In this document: piece by piece, positions 45,374 to 60,500 of the stretch | Numbering within the stretch: the first letter of the stretch is position 1 | How the letters are laid out: each line of letters begins with the position of its first letter | Source: Tubulanus polymorphus | Lineage: Eukaryota; Animalia; Nemertea | Assembly: GCF_964204645.1 (NCBI RefSeq) | Contig: NC_134025.1 | Location: forward strand, 5,528,871 to 5,592,870 | Reading direction: 5' to 3' | Length of the DNA stretch: 64,000 nucleotides | Program-made: the position numbers and the translations under genes | Notes under the pieces: generated by a model | The model's input: the letters and a program-made list of their open reading frames with translations, nothing else | Database searches by the model: none | Told to the model about the DNA's origin: nothing

Positions 45374-48300
45374 GCATTGTATCAGATCGTATCAGATGGG
45401 TGATTTTATTTATTTAGCTAGTGGTACGTTTCATATGAAATGTATTATATGCGCATTGAATTTGAATAATTTGCATAAATGATGTGATTAAATGTTTCAT
45501 TATCGATTAGACAATCATCACTTTTGCGATCTGCCGACTTTTATTTTTCACATTATCAGTTATTAATAATTCGACGTCGGACGCGAACGATGCTGGCCGC
45601 GACTTTTATTCGAGCGTAATTCCCTCGATTCAAGCTAAACAGGTTTTTATTCAATCAACAGATCCATGCGGCATGCTTATGACGAGTAATTTTATTAGCC
45701 GTTCAGTGGCGATTAGTTTTATTCAATCAACGTCAGTATCTTGCATCGGTCATGTTTGTTCGTTTTCTTGCCATGGTGCCGTCTTGATTGCCTAATCATA
45801 CTCGCTTATTGATAAAATTCACAACTGAAATTTACCGACATTCAGGTTACCACCACTACGACTACTACGGATTTTGTGTTTTGATTGGGCCTCGGCGCTA
45901 TGGCTGAGTTTAGTCAGACGGACTGCGCGAAAACATCACGGAGTATGCGCAGTAGCTTCGCCCTCGCCGCAAATTGATTCGTAACTGTGGGTATTAGCAA
46001 TGCTGCAGGCGCCTACAGCTGCCAAATTAACATTCGTCGAGTAGAATTCGGCATTAGGTTTTTCGTAGAAATAACAACAATAAAGAGTTAAAAATGCATA
46101 ACTACTAAATTAAAAAGAAATCATATGATATAGTTGAGATTTCAATGGGGCGTTCATGACATGGGCATATTGTTATAAGTCGCTAGATCTCACAATTACC
46201 ATAGAACGAAATCTAAAGCAAGTTTTCAGGGATTTAGATTATTGAAGATATTACGCAACTACAATATATGGATACTTACGACAAGAATATCTACTAAATT
46301 CTGGCCCGAAAATATTTCTCAATTCTGCTGTACTGATAGAATAATATATTTCATGTCCAATGGTTCTATGAAGAGTTTTCTTTGCTTTCTATACGACGAA
46401 TAAATAAATAGACATAACTCTATTATCATCTGCTAAAAAAGAACCAGACATTATGTATGTAAATACATACGCAAAGGTCCACGTGAAAACAATTTTATTT
46501 CTACGTAGTAATAGTATATTATTATGATGTATTTTATTTAGTAATGCCATGGTGCCTGGAGTATGGTGTATGATGATTTACCATAATTATTTCTGCCCCA
46601 CATGTTTTCTATTGTCATAGTTTTTTTTGTGAAACGATTATAGAACATCGCTAAAATGGATGACGTTTTTCTTAGTCGTGTGTATCTGTTATATGAATCT
46701 GACGTAGAAGTTGAAGTCCACGAATTTCATAAATGCATTTTGAATCAAATTATATGAATATGATTAGAAATTCATATTTTTAATATTTTTTGTACACACG
46801 AATTCTCTTTTTCTATGTATATGGCCTTTCATTGCCAGCATAAGCGATTGAAGTGCCAAAAAAATGATTTCCCAAAATATGCAATTTCTCAGACATAACA
46901 TTGTCAATATATGCTTTATTGTTTTAAAAATCGAACGATGTTCACATGTGCCATTGACAAATCCTCACATATTCCATTCTTCAACACAACTTGTCAACTG
47001 GATGTTTAATCTTACTTTCGAAACGGCAGCGAGACAAAGATATCATCTGAATGAATCTCGGTATTAATGATCAAATAAAGAATACTAATGATTTCTGAAA
47101 AAAATTGATTTTTCTGTGTAAACATTGCGTCGCAATTTTGGTTTATTAAGAAAAGATCGATGAGGACTTGAAGTCTAGTGGTTCTTGAACAGTTTGCGAA
47201 GTGGCACTTGTTCGAGCCCGAAGCAGGAAACCAACGAACTACCTTACCCCTTTACTGGTTTTATTAAGAAATGTGAATACACACATACTCTAGTTAGCTA
47301 GTTAATTAAAAGTATTTCTGAAGTTTGTTGACATAGTTGTAATTTTGATTTACAACTCACAACTGGAATTCATATCAAACAAAGAGATCGTCGTATTCTT
47401 GTGAATGAACCATGGTAATATTTCAAAACCCTTTCGCGGTGCACAGAGCGACCCCGTCGTTAAATTTTTCGCAATTTCTCAAATTCGAGTAGTGCAATGA
47501 TGGGAAATGTGACGATTTCTTCGTTGGTAATAACAACTTCTACCGAGATCACCAGTCTACTGAGATGGCAAATTGGGTACCCCGCGGCAATGGAAAGAAA
47601 TCGAGAAAACACTTTAACAACTATTTAACAATATCATTGGGGGTGAATGCAAAATTCCACCTCCATGCGTTCCGGTGACTTCACTGTAGCTTAGAGTATA
47701 TACACTAGAAAGCAGAAAGTGAAAAGCCCAAAGGCTTCAGATTCTGAAACCCGAGCGATTCTTATTGATTCTTCATATATTTAATGATTTGCGCTGCAGC
47801 ATGTTAAGTTTCTTATTAATTTTTGCGTCGGTCGTGCACGTACAATTCGTCCTTTTAACACTTTCGCATCGCTGAATCAGCATGAAATTGTAGAATTACG
47901 ACGGCAATTGCCGGACAATCCGACATTGATTATGGCTTCCCTGTACTGCTAATTTCATTAAAGATGCCTCACAGGTGCTGTGCTGAGAATATCCAATACA
48001 TTGACCAAATGACCACAGCATTTTCTGCATATCGATGCACAGAAACTCGGGTCTCTGTATTCAGAGTGGACAATCCCCTATGCAATTATTGCACTCATCT
48101 AAAACCACCCACAAAATTAAGATCGAAAAATTCAATCTCACTTTGCATTGTATATAAAACAGTGGTTGACAATGTAACTTTATTCGCAATAAACAAATCG
48201 CCTCGAAAACCAATTTTTGGATACCACCCAATAATCACGGGTGTAATGTTGTTATTACCAGGTAAAATGAGTAGTTAAATTGATCTTCTCATATGACAAA

Positions 48301-48517
48301 CATCGAGCAAAGCGAGACTGCTTCCCGCCAAAAAACGTCCGTACTATACCAACTATGTATGCACATGCATGAATACTGTCGTATATTAACATAGCCTAGT
48401 TTCCCGTCGTAATTAACGCTGGTTATTGCTGACTATTGGACCAATTTCAATAATGATATAATGGTGCATATTATTAATATTCAAGAGTACCAGCTACTGG
48501 TACATACTACTAGGCTT

Positions 48518-48536
48518 ACATATATATATATATACG
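48518..48536. repeat. (AT)n microsatellite
   Basis: Read directly. Confidence 0.9.
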
Positions 48537-51500
48537 GGAAATTGCTGCCGGAATAGTAAGCATATTTCTGAGATAATTAATGCGTTCACCGGATGCCGAA
48601 CGTCGTTTTATTTCTGCGAACGCGAAATTTTCTGTCTCTTTCGCCAGATTTTTTCGCATCCAAACAGTCGGCGATTATACTCCTCCGAAGTTCATCAATC
48701 TTCTCTCATGTTTGAGTGCTTTAAAACAGTTTCTCGATCTGTTTGAAGCCCCGATATTTCGGCTTTGAAGCCGGAAAGTTACTGTCGCAGTGACGCGTCA
48801 ATTAAAATACACTTTATCATCGAGCTCGCGCCCGGATGCAAATAGAATTGTTCTTCGTAATGTCACGCACAATAATTATGCTAAAATACTAGGCCATAAT
48901 ACACAACTATAACATCCGATAAGTTGAATTTGACAATAGGGCAAATCAGGGACACTAGAACTAGACATTTAGTGAGGTATACCTCCGCTCCTAATCAATC
49001 TGTGTCAGGGTATATTTGTCAGAATTGATTGGTCATTTACTTAATTAGAGACCTACAAATGAATAGTGAAATATGGTTTTTATATCAAAGAGGAATGCAA
49101 ACAGTACTTGTAAAAAGTGGAGGTGTTTCCATGTAGAATGAGTTGGTTGATTTACCAAAAGAAATTAACTTATATATACTACATTTATCTATAATAGCTC
49201 CGATTATTGGCGAATCGAGCCTCCAAAATCAAAGAATTTTGAAGACCTTTTCTCCGACCCTGAAAGTTTAAGATTATATATACTTACGTACCGATGTTAG
49301 CTAAGTATTGCGATTTTATAGATTAAGTTATCTGTCATTATCATCATTCAGAAGCGACTGCTTGTTTTATTTGTATAGTTTAATTGGTTCTTTGCTCTCG
49401 GGTACAGAGGTTTACCTGTATTTAAAGACCACCATCTAACTCGTAAACATTCTAACGGAATAAGCAATGCTTAAATAAATAGCCTGAAGACCAAACACAC
49501 GTAAGAGAAGAGAACTCATTGTTGAAATGCTGCTGTTCGTCTTTATGTTAGCGGATTGAAGAACTTTCAAGTTCTGACATTTTCCCGTATCTTCCGCTTT
49601 GCCCATTCTGTGTCTCTGGATAGAATAAACACGAACTTTTTCACAGATTGTCCCAGATCGACTCAGCTATCATAAATTGTGGTAGCCTAGGAATCACGGT
49701 GTCTTGACCATTTTCCCGGTATGGGTAAAAACATTACAATCGGTCGTTCGTTTACAATTCTGGCCAAATCTGCGTGAATTCACACACGGTCATTGTTCAA
49801 TACGCAAAACGGACTGGAGACTTCGTGGCTCCAAGCGGAACAATCGCCCCCACCCACGGCCGTACACAAGTTAGAAGGTCGCCTCCGAGACCGGAGGTCC
49901 GAGATCAGTCTTCGCGTTAGGTTTAAAAAATGAAATTGAAAATAGCGTATTAGCAAATTTTAGATATTTTTTCAATTTCCACCACTGAAACTCTATTTCA
50001 TAACCCATTTATTGAATATCATAATGCTGTTACATTGCAGTAGAAAAGAGATCGTCTGAATCTGAATAAATGATGAAAACTCGTGGTTAGTTAGTGCTTT
50101 AATTAGTCTTAATTCTATTTCATGGATATAGATATAATTTGTACACTGTTGTTATTTAGTTTTATCATGATCATATATTTTCTATATGACTTGTGAAAGT
50201 GATCATACACCCAGCACTGCTGCTGTTGTTCGCATATATCTGGAATGTAGCACGTATGCTTTTCCTCTACCTTTGTTTTCTTGACTGATAGTAACAATTT
50301 TGTATATTGTTGTTTGACATCAACCATTTGCGCTGTACGTTACGTGTTTTTCGGTCATTAAATTCAACCGGTTTATTAGAAATCGTTTATCAAATATTTG
50401 CGAGTATCGTCATAGAAAATGTACAGGACGCCAACAGTATATCAGAAATTCCCCGAAACGATCAAGTACTAAAAACGCCAGTGAACAACATTACGGGCCT
50501 TATGGCAAACACATGAAGTCATCATTAGCGATACATTTTCTGGGAAATCTGTAGCAAATTGGCCTACCTACATTTTGTAAATCTAGACTCAGGTGAGATA
50601 CTATTTTAAACATTCCCCGGCAGGTGATTTTACCTTGCCGGAAAAAGCATCATCGAACAGTATTTTCGTTACTTGACATATTTGTTCAGGGGAAATCGTG
50701 TTGGCATATTTTGGAGACATTTTTCATTTCGGGCTGAATACTGAAATAGACTCCAGCTGATCTCCTAATATTTTTATAGTTACTTTTCGGAAAGGCTTTC
50801 CTATTGAAACAACACCGTGCAATACTCGGCGGGCGATTTCAAAATATTGAGAGAAAACAAATTATTGAAGTTCCCCGTCTGTGGTGGGCACACTTTGAAA
50901 TAAGGGCTTGTTTTCAAGATCAAGTCGAATCTTCGAGCAATTCAGTTAAATTACGTAAATGAAATAAGTATAGTAACATATAGTAAATAAGTAAGCTGCC
51001 ATCATTCTTAGGTCAAAGATAATAGTTAGTTTGGTTTTGTTTCTCGGTATATTCATATCGTTTTCTTGGTTAACTATGTATAAACCCATCTGCTCTAACG
51101 TTTGATAAAGTTCATATCTTCCAGCCTTCACCCTAGTTTTGAAACTGAACCGCGAATGATATGTACTTCTTACTATTCTCTGGAAATAGATCCAGTAAAG
51201 GATTTTGAAGGAACTTTATTATGAAGGGGACCTTACAAGAAAAATGATTGCCGACAGATGATATTTTCGTAGAATAATTCTCACTGATTTCAGCAAGTCT
51301 CTGTTCTTAAATATTGCTACCGTTTGAGTAGGATATTATGTAAATGTAACTAAACTGACTGGTTCTGCTGGTTGAGGTTGGTAATCCTTAACTTCCGATT
51401 CTCGGATGTACTACGAATGCAGTTTCATGCTTGAATGTTTATAAGTAAACAGACTGATGTTCAATACGCAGGTCCAAATGACACAACAGCTGTCTTTCAC

Positions 51501-54500
51501 TCTTAGTTTCGGATATTCATTATTTCTATTCGCCGAGTACGTTATAGTCTATTAGTTCCCAGGGTTTACCAGAATCTTCCGGGTGTATAAGTCATAAATG
51601 TTCGCGATGATATACAATATTGAATAAAACTTGAGAATTTCATTTTTTTTCTCATCCAAGAATATTCTTAGACAGCGGATGTATGTTGGTTTTTCTTACT
51701 AAACAGAAGATGCCGATGGGTTTTATTTTACGCAACTGCGCACTCTTCATTACGGGTGTGATCTTTCTCCTTTAAAGAAATCCCATGCAGACACCGATCA
51801 TGTATTCAGCGTAGGTAAACTCATTGTCGAATTTTGAACCAGATCCGTATTTGCCTGAACTGCGGTGTCTAGGGACTGTAATTTTGTATATATTACTTGA
51901 AATCAAAAAACCTAATCTGGAAAAAAATGTTTGAAAAACGAATCTGACTCATTTTATTTTGAAAGAAAAAATTGGGATGCGTCTCTAAGATTTATGTCTC
52001 AAATTACATCACAATTGTGCACAATGATATGTCGCAACTCCTGTCTTGTATACAGATGAACATATTACGAGAAAGTCCTCAGTATATTTATCATCCCAAT
52101 TAATTGAAATGCTTGACTCAAATTATTCAAAAAAATACAGAAAAGTGCAGAAAAGTGACTTAAAGCTTCTTAGCTATATGAAGAGCTCGCGATTGATTTT
52201 GTATTTCTTTGCTAAGCGCGTACCCGTGGAGTTTACTTAGCAAAAAACTGTTTATCCTGCTGAATCTAACCCTCGCCGAACTGCCACTGATTGACACGCT
52301 ACGGACAGAAACAGTACTGGTTTTTCACACACATTCGCGCGCGCACACACACGAGTTTCCACTACGAAAAATCGTTTCCAGCTTGTGTCTACTCGGGCAA
52401 ATCGTTTCTTGTTGTTGGTTTGGTATTTCTTTTACAATGCGTCTGACTCCGAACCAGACTGCTGAAAGAAGCAAATTGAGGGATAATTGCTAGCTGGAAG
52501 GGGCTCATTTACACCTTCGGTACCTGGAGCTGCAATCGCTTAACTTCCAGACAAAATATTGAACGATTATTCATTTGAAAAGCCTGAATGTGTATTTACT
52601 ATGGAGACTTCAATTTTCTATTTTTGGAATTAAGTACGTTCAAAATCGTTGAATATGCAGTTAAACTATCATTCTTTGCTCTTTGCCATTCTTAATTCAA
52701 TTCGGTATTGGTATTCCTTTTTATTCATGATGAATATCAATCAATTCCTGATGCAAACTTGTACATTTTGAGACTATTATGCAGATACTTTGTAGCTTCG
52801 TAGCATAACTAGGATTTGCTTGAAGTTCTCAACAAGCTATGACCTCGGGGGCTCTCCAGGTACCACATCCACCACGATGTATATCTTATATCTTCACAAG
52901 TACTTTCAGTAGCAGGTAAAATCAACCACCAATCTGAGTGTTGAAGTTCAAGAATAGTGTATCGCACGGGTGAGCCACTTCCGTTCTGTTGGGCCTTCAT
53001 CCTGGCAGTTGATCATCATGCTGGGAACAACTTCCAAGAACTGTTTAGTAATTTTTCTCTCGGCGAAGACTGAAAACAATGTTTTTCGCTCTCGCATACG
53101 CCGGCACTCGAGTCATGTTCAACTGCCGACTGATGATAATCGGTTAAATGGGCATCGGAAGATTCATCGTCCAACGTCAGTTTTACAATGAATCTGACAA
53201 ACAAGCAATAGGAGTTCTTACTCTCATGAGACTGACCTGGCAATCCACCAGAAAATCCTGATGTACCTATTTCATAAGTACTGCAATACCGAGAAGTTTA
53301 TCTGTCGCGTTTATTCGAGCGAATTCTTTCAACTGGGACCGAGTCGTCAAAGCGGGACAGACCAAGGGCTAATTCAGCGACACCCAGAAATTGAGCTGGA
53401 TTTGCCCTTAGTCTTAAATGGATTTTCTTAATAGTTTCCGGCTAGAATCTTCCTTAGAACGTATTCGCGGCGAGCTCATTAAATTTGAGTGAAACATTAC
53501 AGTAAAACAAGTTAAATGCGTTTTACCCTTCGGGGTGAAGTTGGTAGTCATTTACTTTGATTAAAAGCTAAGTTGTCACAAAATCAGCGCAATTTCTCCG
53601 TTTGAATTATTTGGTTTGAGTTGTTGCAAAAATGAGAATTGCTCGTTCTATGTCAGCTTCGTCATCACATTTTGCTCTGATTCATTTTACGGATTCTGTT
53701 TTTCTATACGCACCGTGACAAAGCCAATTATGTAAACGAATTTGTCAGAAGTGAACTCGGAGTAGGTGTGAACACGAAAATATCAACAAAAATATTAATT
53801 ATTTATGGCCACCATCCGTGTTTTCAGCGCTAAATTTGACAGGACACTTTTGGCAAGGCTATTTAGGTTTTCTCATGAAACTTAACTACAAAAATGCCAC
53901 AAGGCAAAAAAGTAAAACGAACAATGTTGAGTGATGGTGTTTATCCGTTTTTCTCGGAAAATAATATCTCGTTATAGAATATAATTATCTATTTGTTCTT
54001 CAAGTAGGCCTATAGAGGAGATTACGCGTATTTCATGGTTGATTTGTTCAACAGAGGTTATTAGTTAGTACATTGGCCCCCATCCCAGATACCCAGCTAA
54101 CAGCTGACTGGACGGCTCCCTGTACTATTGGAAATATCATCATTACCATTAACATATGATGGCTTTAAATAACCTAATGTGATTCATTATCGACAAATCT
54201 AAGCAGTTTAATTACCGTTCAATTTGGCCAATTGGCTCAATCATCTGATCTAGGAAGATGCGTTTCAAATGCAAATCGCGGAGATTTTACTGGCCATGGG
54301 GTTAAATGATAAAACTTCCAATAAAAAAGTAAAATCGAACTGTGTGTAGGAGTTAGGGGTGTGTTATAGGGGTTACAAAATTTCCATATCTATATTGGAT
54401 ATAAGTTATTTGTTTAGATTCAATTACTTTGTGGGAAATATGTCTGTAAGTGAAGCAATGTCGAGTCTCCATTTTTAGTCTTGGACAGAAGCTTACTTGA

Positions 54501-57500
54501 CGAGTAAGTTGCGTGAAATAAAAGCATTTAAAACAGTCACGTTTACACAAACCGCATTCTTATTATCGTGCGGCAGCATTTTTTGTAAATACGGCGGTGG
54601 CATGTCTTGGTGGGATTGCAGGGTCGAGCCTGTCTGTCAACAGGATACTTTCTAATTGATCCATGCTTGATTTGGGGGCCATGATGGATTAGTACAGTTG
54701 ATTGAAACTGGTCGAGATCGATAAGAGATCTGCCAGCTCGGCGCAGTGTGAACTTGGACATGACTAATTGGTCCAGTGGACGACAAGTTACAACAGCGTC
54801 CTTATAAAGCAAATGTTACGCATCTTCTTCGCGCTGGCTGCTGTAGCACTTTGTCTAGATCGGACGAGATTGGATGCATCGGCGGCGTCACTGATAGTCA
54901 TAAATTATAGGCCCATAAATAAGTGCCAGGAAAGGTTACGAAGTCTTGTAAACGCAGGTCGTTGTCGTAAAATCGCGTAATGTTAACTGTGAAAATAGAA
55001 CAGCGCAGACGTGGCTGTATAACGAGCTTTACGTGATAATTCAAATTCCATCAAAACATTATCATTCTAGACTTTTATGATTTCTAACATTATTGCGACC
55101 TTATATAAGCATTTCTCTAAAAAAAGTAGTCGTATATCTTTTTATCAACTGTATGATATACGATATTGCCGGGAGTATACGCTAGTGTGCATATTCCCCG
55201 GTCCAATCAGATGATTATTGAAATTGACGACTCGGTGTCATTTAAAGTTAGGAATATCAGAAGTGCATTCTGTCTATTTTTCCTATCGTATCCGTTTATA
55301 TCGTGGCGAAACATATCTGAATAGGTAACCAATCTAATATCTACCACGTGAAATCGGGTTAGATAATCAGTTGCACATTTCAACACGCTCATTTTCTGCT
55401 CATCTCACGGATAAGATGAAGATAAAGTTAAACACTACTATTGCTGTACTAGCCCGGCTTCCTCTTTCTACGTCTTCAACTCTTCCTCTACTTGTTCATG
55501 GTGTGGTGGAGCCAGGTATCGTGTTCTCTACCGGTACTAACGTGTAATTCACCGGTGAAATCCGATAGTTCACGTGTATAAACTACGCGCACCTACAGAT
55601 AGAAGCTGGCGAAAGGGGTTTGAGAATTTCGTGCATTCGAGAAATACAAAATATCAATTTTCGAGAAGTTGTCCCACGTATGTCGCTTAATAAAAAAAAA
55701 CTTTCCTTTTTAGTCGCATGACGATGGTGTCAAGCTCTGTCAGCCAAATTCCTAAAAAGCACTTTCTCTTTGCAGGAATGATGGAAGCATCAATTTCTTT
55801 TCGGTTTACTATAGGTTTTCAACGAAAATGAAGTACATGCTGATTTATTGTAACGAAGTCAACTTAAATGAATAATCGTGAACTTTTTTAAAAGTATTTT
55901 CATAACGGGAGTAAGTTTGTTTGTAATTGTTATTGTGCCTCATGTAAATGGTGTTTGTTTAAAACGTTGCCTTGTTTGTGTAAATGACTCGTCCATACGT
56001 ACATGTATATATCATTGTTAATCATCGAGGCATTTTCTGTTTTTCTGAAATTTCAGAGTAATTTTACTGGCATTAACGACTTGAGGTGTACTGCCTCTTG
56101 TCGCCTGGTCCAGGTAAGCCCATGTTTCTATCCGTGCACAGTTGTTGTGGGTGCACCACCTAATACACGTTGGTTATTCATTCATTTATTTATCAATTTA
56201 ATTATTATTCATAATTGACCAGTATATATTTACACACATATATATAGCGCTGCTGCGGCTGCTGCGGTCCATCGCTTCACTTCCATACGCTTGCAGACAC
56301 TCGCCCCAAAATGCACAGTATATCACCTCCAAAGCACACACGATTTGCATTTAGGTGCCGCGCGCTATAGCTAGACGCTAAAATGTGAGAAATCTACATA
56401 AAGGGGTCATATATCTTCAGTTTTCAAATCATGCTATACTGATGATGTGACGATGGCCCTCTTATTCACTCGTAGTATAGATTTCTCCGCGCACATTTAG
56501 CACATTCATTCAAATGAATTTTTGTACTTATTGAAGTGTGTAATGTCCATCTGTCCTGTCTTCCATGTCATCAGCTTTATTGTGTTCGCGTTTTTTCTGC
56601 GCAGTTCCAGCGCCCGTTTTTTCATATAAGTCACATATATACCTTCACTTCTTGTTCACTATTAAATTCACTTCTATATTCTTCGTTACTGTTTTTCTGT
56701 ATGACATGGATTTGGTGTTTATATGATGCTGCTACTTTAGAGGAAAAGCTTTGCCAATATTTTCTAAATGAGGAAAATATTCAAATTGAGGAGACTATTA
56801 TCAAATCAATCGCAGCAAATACACCATATTCATGTTTGCTTCTTCCCTTTAACTCTATACACGCTTGTTATTTTCCCTTTTCTCCGTCGCTGTTTTTTCC
56901 CGTTGTGTGACTTAAAATGCGTACGTATATTTGCCATCCAGATGGCTGCAGCTTCGATCCCCTGCGACACATGGCTAAGACAGAACAGAGGACTTTTCTA
57001 CTGTGCGTAGGTGTGTTTTAAACCCACCAGCAGGTATCAATTCACCCCTCTCATAGCATCCGTTTTATCGATAGAACCTTATTCAAATGACAGAACATTG
57101 AGCATTTTTGCATTTGAGGTTGTTGATTAATACCTGCTGATGTTGGGATTCGATGGTTGATAATTCCTTGCTATCATTCGTGCGTAGGTTCTGTTACTTC
57201 TAAACGATTTTAGTTTAGATGTAAAAATCAATTTTTCTGCAGAAGAACATCGTTATATATTTTCCAAAATCTTTATGTGTCAATTTCTACCTTTTAAATA
57301 GTACAATCTTTAAATTTGGTACAAGTTATGTATTTTTTTTTAATCACGGAGAAATACGTTGTTCCATATTAGGTTGAATGCAACTTGACGTCCCAGGTAA
57401 GTATGTCAAGGAATATGGTACTTTTATTCAAACTTATGTATACATAAATATATTACCCTTTGGTTAAATCAATCATTGATCAGAGAGTATCAATACATCG

Positions 57501-60500
57501 ATATGTCAATGATTCAGTTTCGAAAGTTACTGCGTGAATGGCTTGTAAGTGGAGAGATATTCATTTTCAATCCCCACGTCCGTGGATGTAATATCCACCG
57601 AATCCCCAGACAATTGTATACTTTCATTTCATTAATGACCACACCTCATGACACAGGAAGGAAAATCTATGAATGATCCCTCTAATCAACAATCATCAAC
57701 CTCTGAACTCAATTCACCCTTTATCCTAAAATGAAACCTTCAATATTCATCTAAACATCGCATCATCTTTTCGTCAGCTCCGTGGAAGATTGAATGAATT
57801 TCTTATGCTCTGAAAAAATTAGTTTGTGCGCTACTTTAAAGTTGTGTAAACCCATAAAACCACAATGCCTTGAACAAAGTTTCAATCTACATGTCACAAT
57901 TGATAGTAATTCTTGTGCGGCTTCAGTTGCTTCACAATTATCAAACTAAAGAGAGACATTCCTAATCAGATTATAGAACCACACCTTATTTTCTCAAACT
58001 CTCGCAGGAGATATTGTCTTCGCTATTTATGTGAATGAAATATATTCTAGTACTATCAAATATAAAATTCAGTTAGGCAGATACTTTATTAGTATTAGGT
58101 GTGCCATCTTTGATCAAGAGTCTTTTAGTTAATGAAAACATATGCTATTGATGGAACAGTTTCTGTTTTAAGAAAGCTTTTGCGTAGGTATTAATTATCT
58201 GAAGGCTTCCTGACATCGATACGAAAAGACCATTAATAATGACAACCAAAATAGAATTATTATTTGTTCATTAATTCAATTAGTTATTGATTCCGAATAT
58301 ATTATAATCTTCCTACGTTGTCATTTGCTTACAGGTTTGAATCTGTGTTTCTAGTTTAAAGTTCTCTCTTCCATGTGTGACCTATGCCCTTCAAGCGAGA
58401 GAAAACCTGTGTCCATGCTTAGTAGCTAAGGTTTTGAGATATAGGTGATAGGTAGATGAGGAAGTAAGAAATTCTGTTTCTGAAGATATCCTTGTCTTTT
58501 CCATTGGTGCAATCATGAATTTCTCGTTCTGACGTTAGCACAATAAGTAAATTAACATCTTGTCTCTTGCTTCAGTCTGTTTGCCGTTTGAGTACTTGGG
58601 CCACTTTAGAATCAGTCATTAATGTGTTACTTAATGATGTGTTCACCCTGTGCAATCTGCATTAATCCGACATTGTTAATAGAAAGGTTGGAGATTTGAT
58701 GGCAACATCTTCAAGGAGTGAAAATAGCATCAGCTCTGCGTGACGTAAATCTGGAAATCTAAATCTGAGTATTTGCAATAAATCGTCAATAGATGGTTAC
58801 TTCTGCGGTTACTTTATGTGTACGAAAACGCCAGTGTTCTATTTGCTAAAAGGGATTCAAAGTGACGTCATCTTCCGCGGTGCAAGAACCGAATGAAGCT
58901 AGCATCTTTTGGGAATTAATGCAATTGGGTATCAAATGGCATGCATATATGATCATTTCTGATTTTTTAGTTGCCTTGCAAACTTTCAATACACAAGCCA
59001 CGGACGCTAAGACGAAGACAGTCGATGGACAAACTGGGCATATGGATCAGTTTTCAATCAGTCTTTCTACAAAGATTGAACCAACTTCCGTGGTTTAACA
59101 CCCTTTAAAGATTAATGATCGCTGTTGTTATCTAGCCATTTCCTCCATTTTTATCTTTAAAAAGTGTTGTATTGAAGTTCCGGTACCAGTTTTCAATACT
59201 GTTTCATGATCTACTCTCAGCTCTTGGATGCTGTAGCTCTTCTTGGAATTTTGTCTTGGTCAATAATGGTAACAGCTACACAAACAGATGTACCTAGATG
59301 CAAACCTTCGCTTGAAATAATATTGAAATCTAATCAATACACGGCTGATTGGAATTTGAACACTCCACAAGATCATTTCCTTCTGGAATGAGCAGTAGAT
59401 AGCGCATCGTGACTAGTTCATCGCTCACTATTCGGTACTTTGTTGTTTTAATTTTCGATTTTGCCAGATCTTATGTCCAACGCTTACGACGCAGAAAACA
59501 CGGAAACATCAGGAGAATATGTTTCCGAGCGTTTCCTGTGCATGCAGTTTCGGGAATCAATGTTTCGTGTGTACATATTTGGTTCTGAAATACGATTTTT
59601 TGTTATGAAAGACATTAGTGAAAGGATGCGCGAAGAAAATAGGTTGATCAAAGGACGTAGCTTTGATGACAAACTGTAAAATTAACCAACAGGGAAACAA
59701 TCTCATTGAAACCTAATTGCTATTAGATAGATTAGATAGATAGGTCTCACTATCCTTGTCACTTAAATTACGATCACTTACACTCAGCAATAGCACGAGG
59801 ATTTTCTCTGCAATGGGTATTTTTTCTTGGATACAGGTGTTGTATCCGACTCGTCCTAGACTTTTATGGATAATGGTAATCAATTCTGAATATTGGTACT
59901 TATATCGCGTACTTGGTAAAAGTTAGCTTACTTTATATTCCACTGGCAAAACCGCAAACAGACACATATACATATGGACGATACCTCTTAGGTCTAGACC
60001 TATCTGATAAGTAGATCTGAATGACATTTCGAAATATGTCACACATCACATCGGTTTGTTCCATGTCTGATGTAAATGATTTGGTTTTTGCCCTTCTCTA
60101 TTGCCCTTAAGTCATGGGAATATGTGATGGACTAACGCTGTGCTCTATACATATGCCTAATTCTATCATTTGGTATTGATGTCTTTCTATGTTCTATTGT
60201 TTCATTTTTAATTGAGAAGTTTTCATGAAATTTCTGCCTTTAAAATTTAAAAACCAATCAGACCACGGACATCATTATTCAAAATTTCGCTAATGTATTA
60301 TTACTTTTCTCTCTAAAGTGCGGTCTTTTTCCACCCCGAATACATGATGCCCTGATGGTTAATTTTGCTGACGATGATTGAAGCTGAAGTCAGTTTTTGT
60401 GATATGAGCAGTGCGCGTAGTGCCGCATCCAGTCATGGGCCACATGCAAAGGGCTGGCTTGATAGATGATGGTGTCATGCCGGAATGACAAGAGCGTAGA

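Noticed and set aside
54768-54980. 70-aa plus ORF with a hydrophobic signal-peptide-like start (MLRIFFALAAVALCL) in a CpG-richer patch
   Set aside because: Too short, with no splice context, conservation or domain. Probably chance. Noted only as a candidate if transcription is seen.
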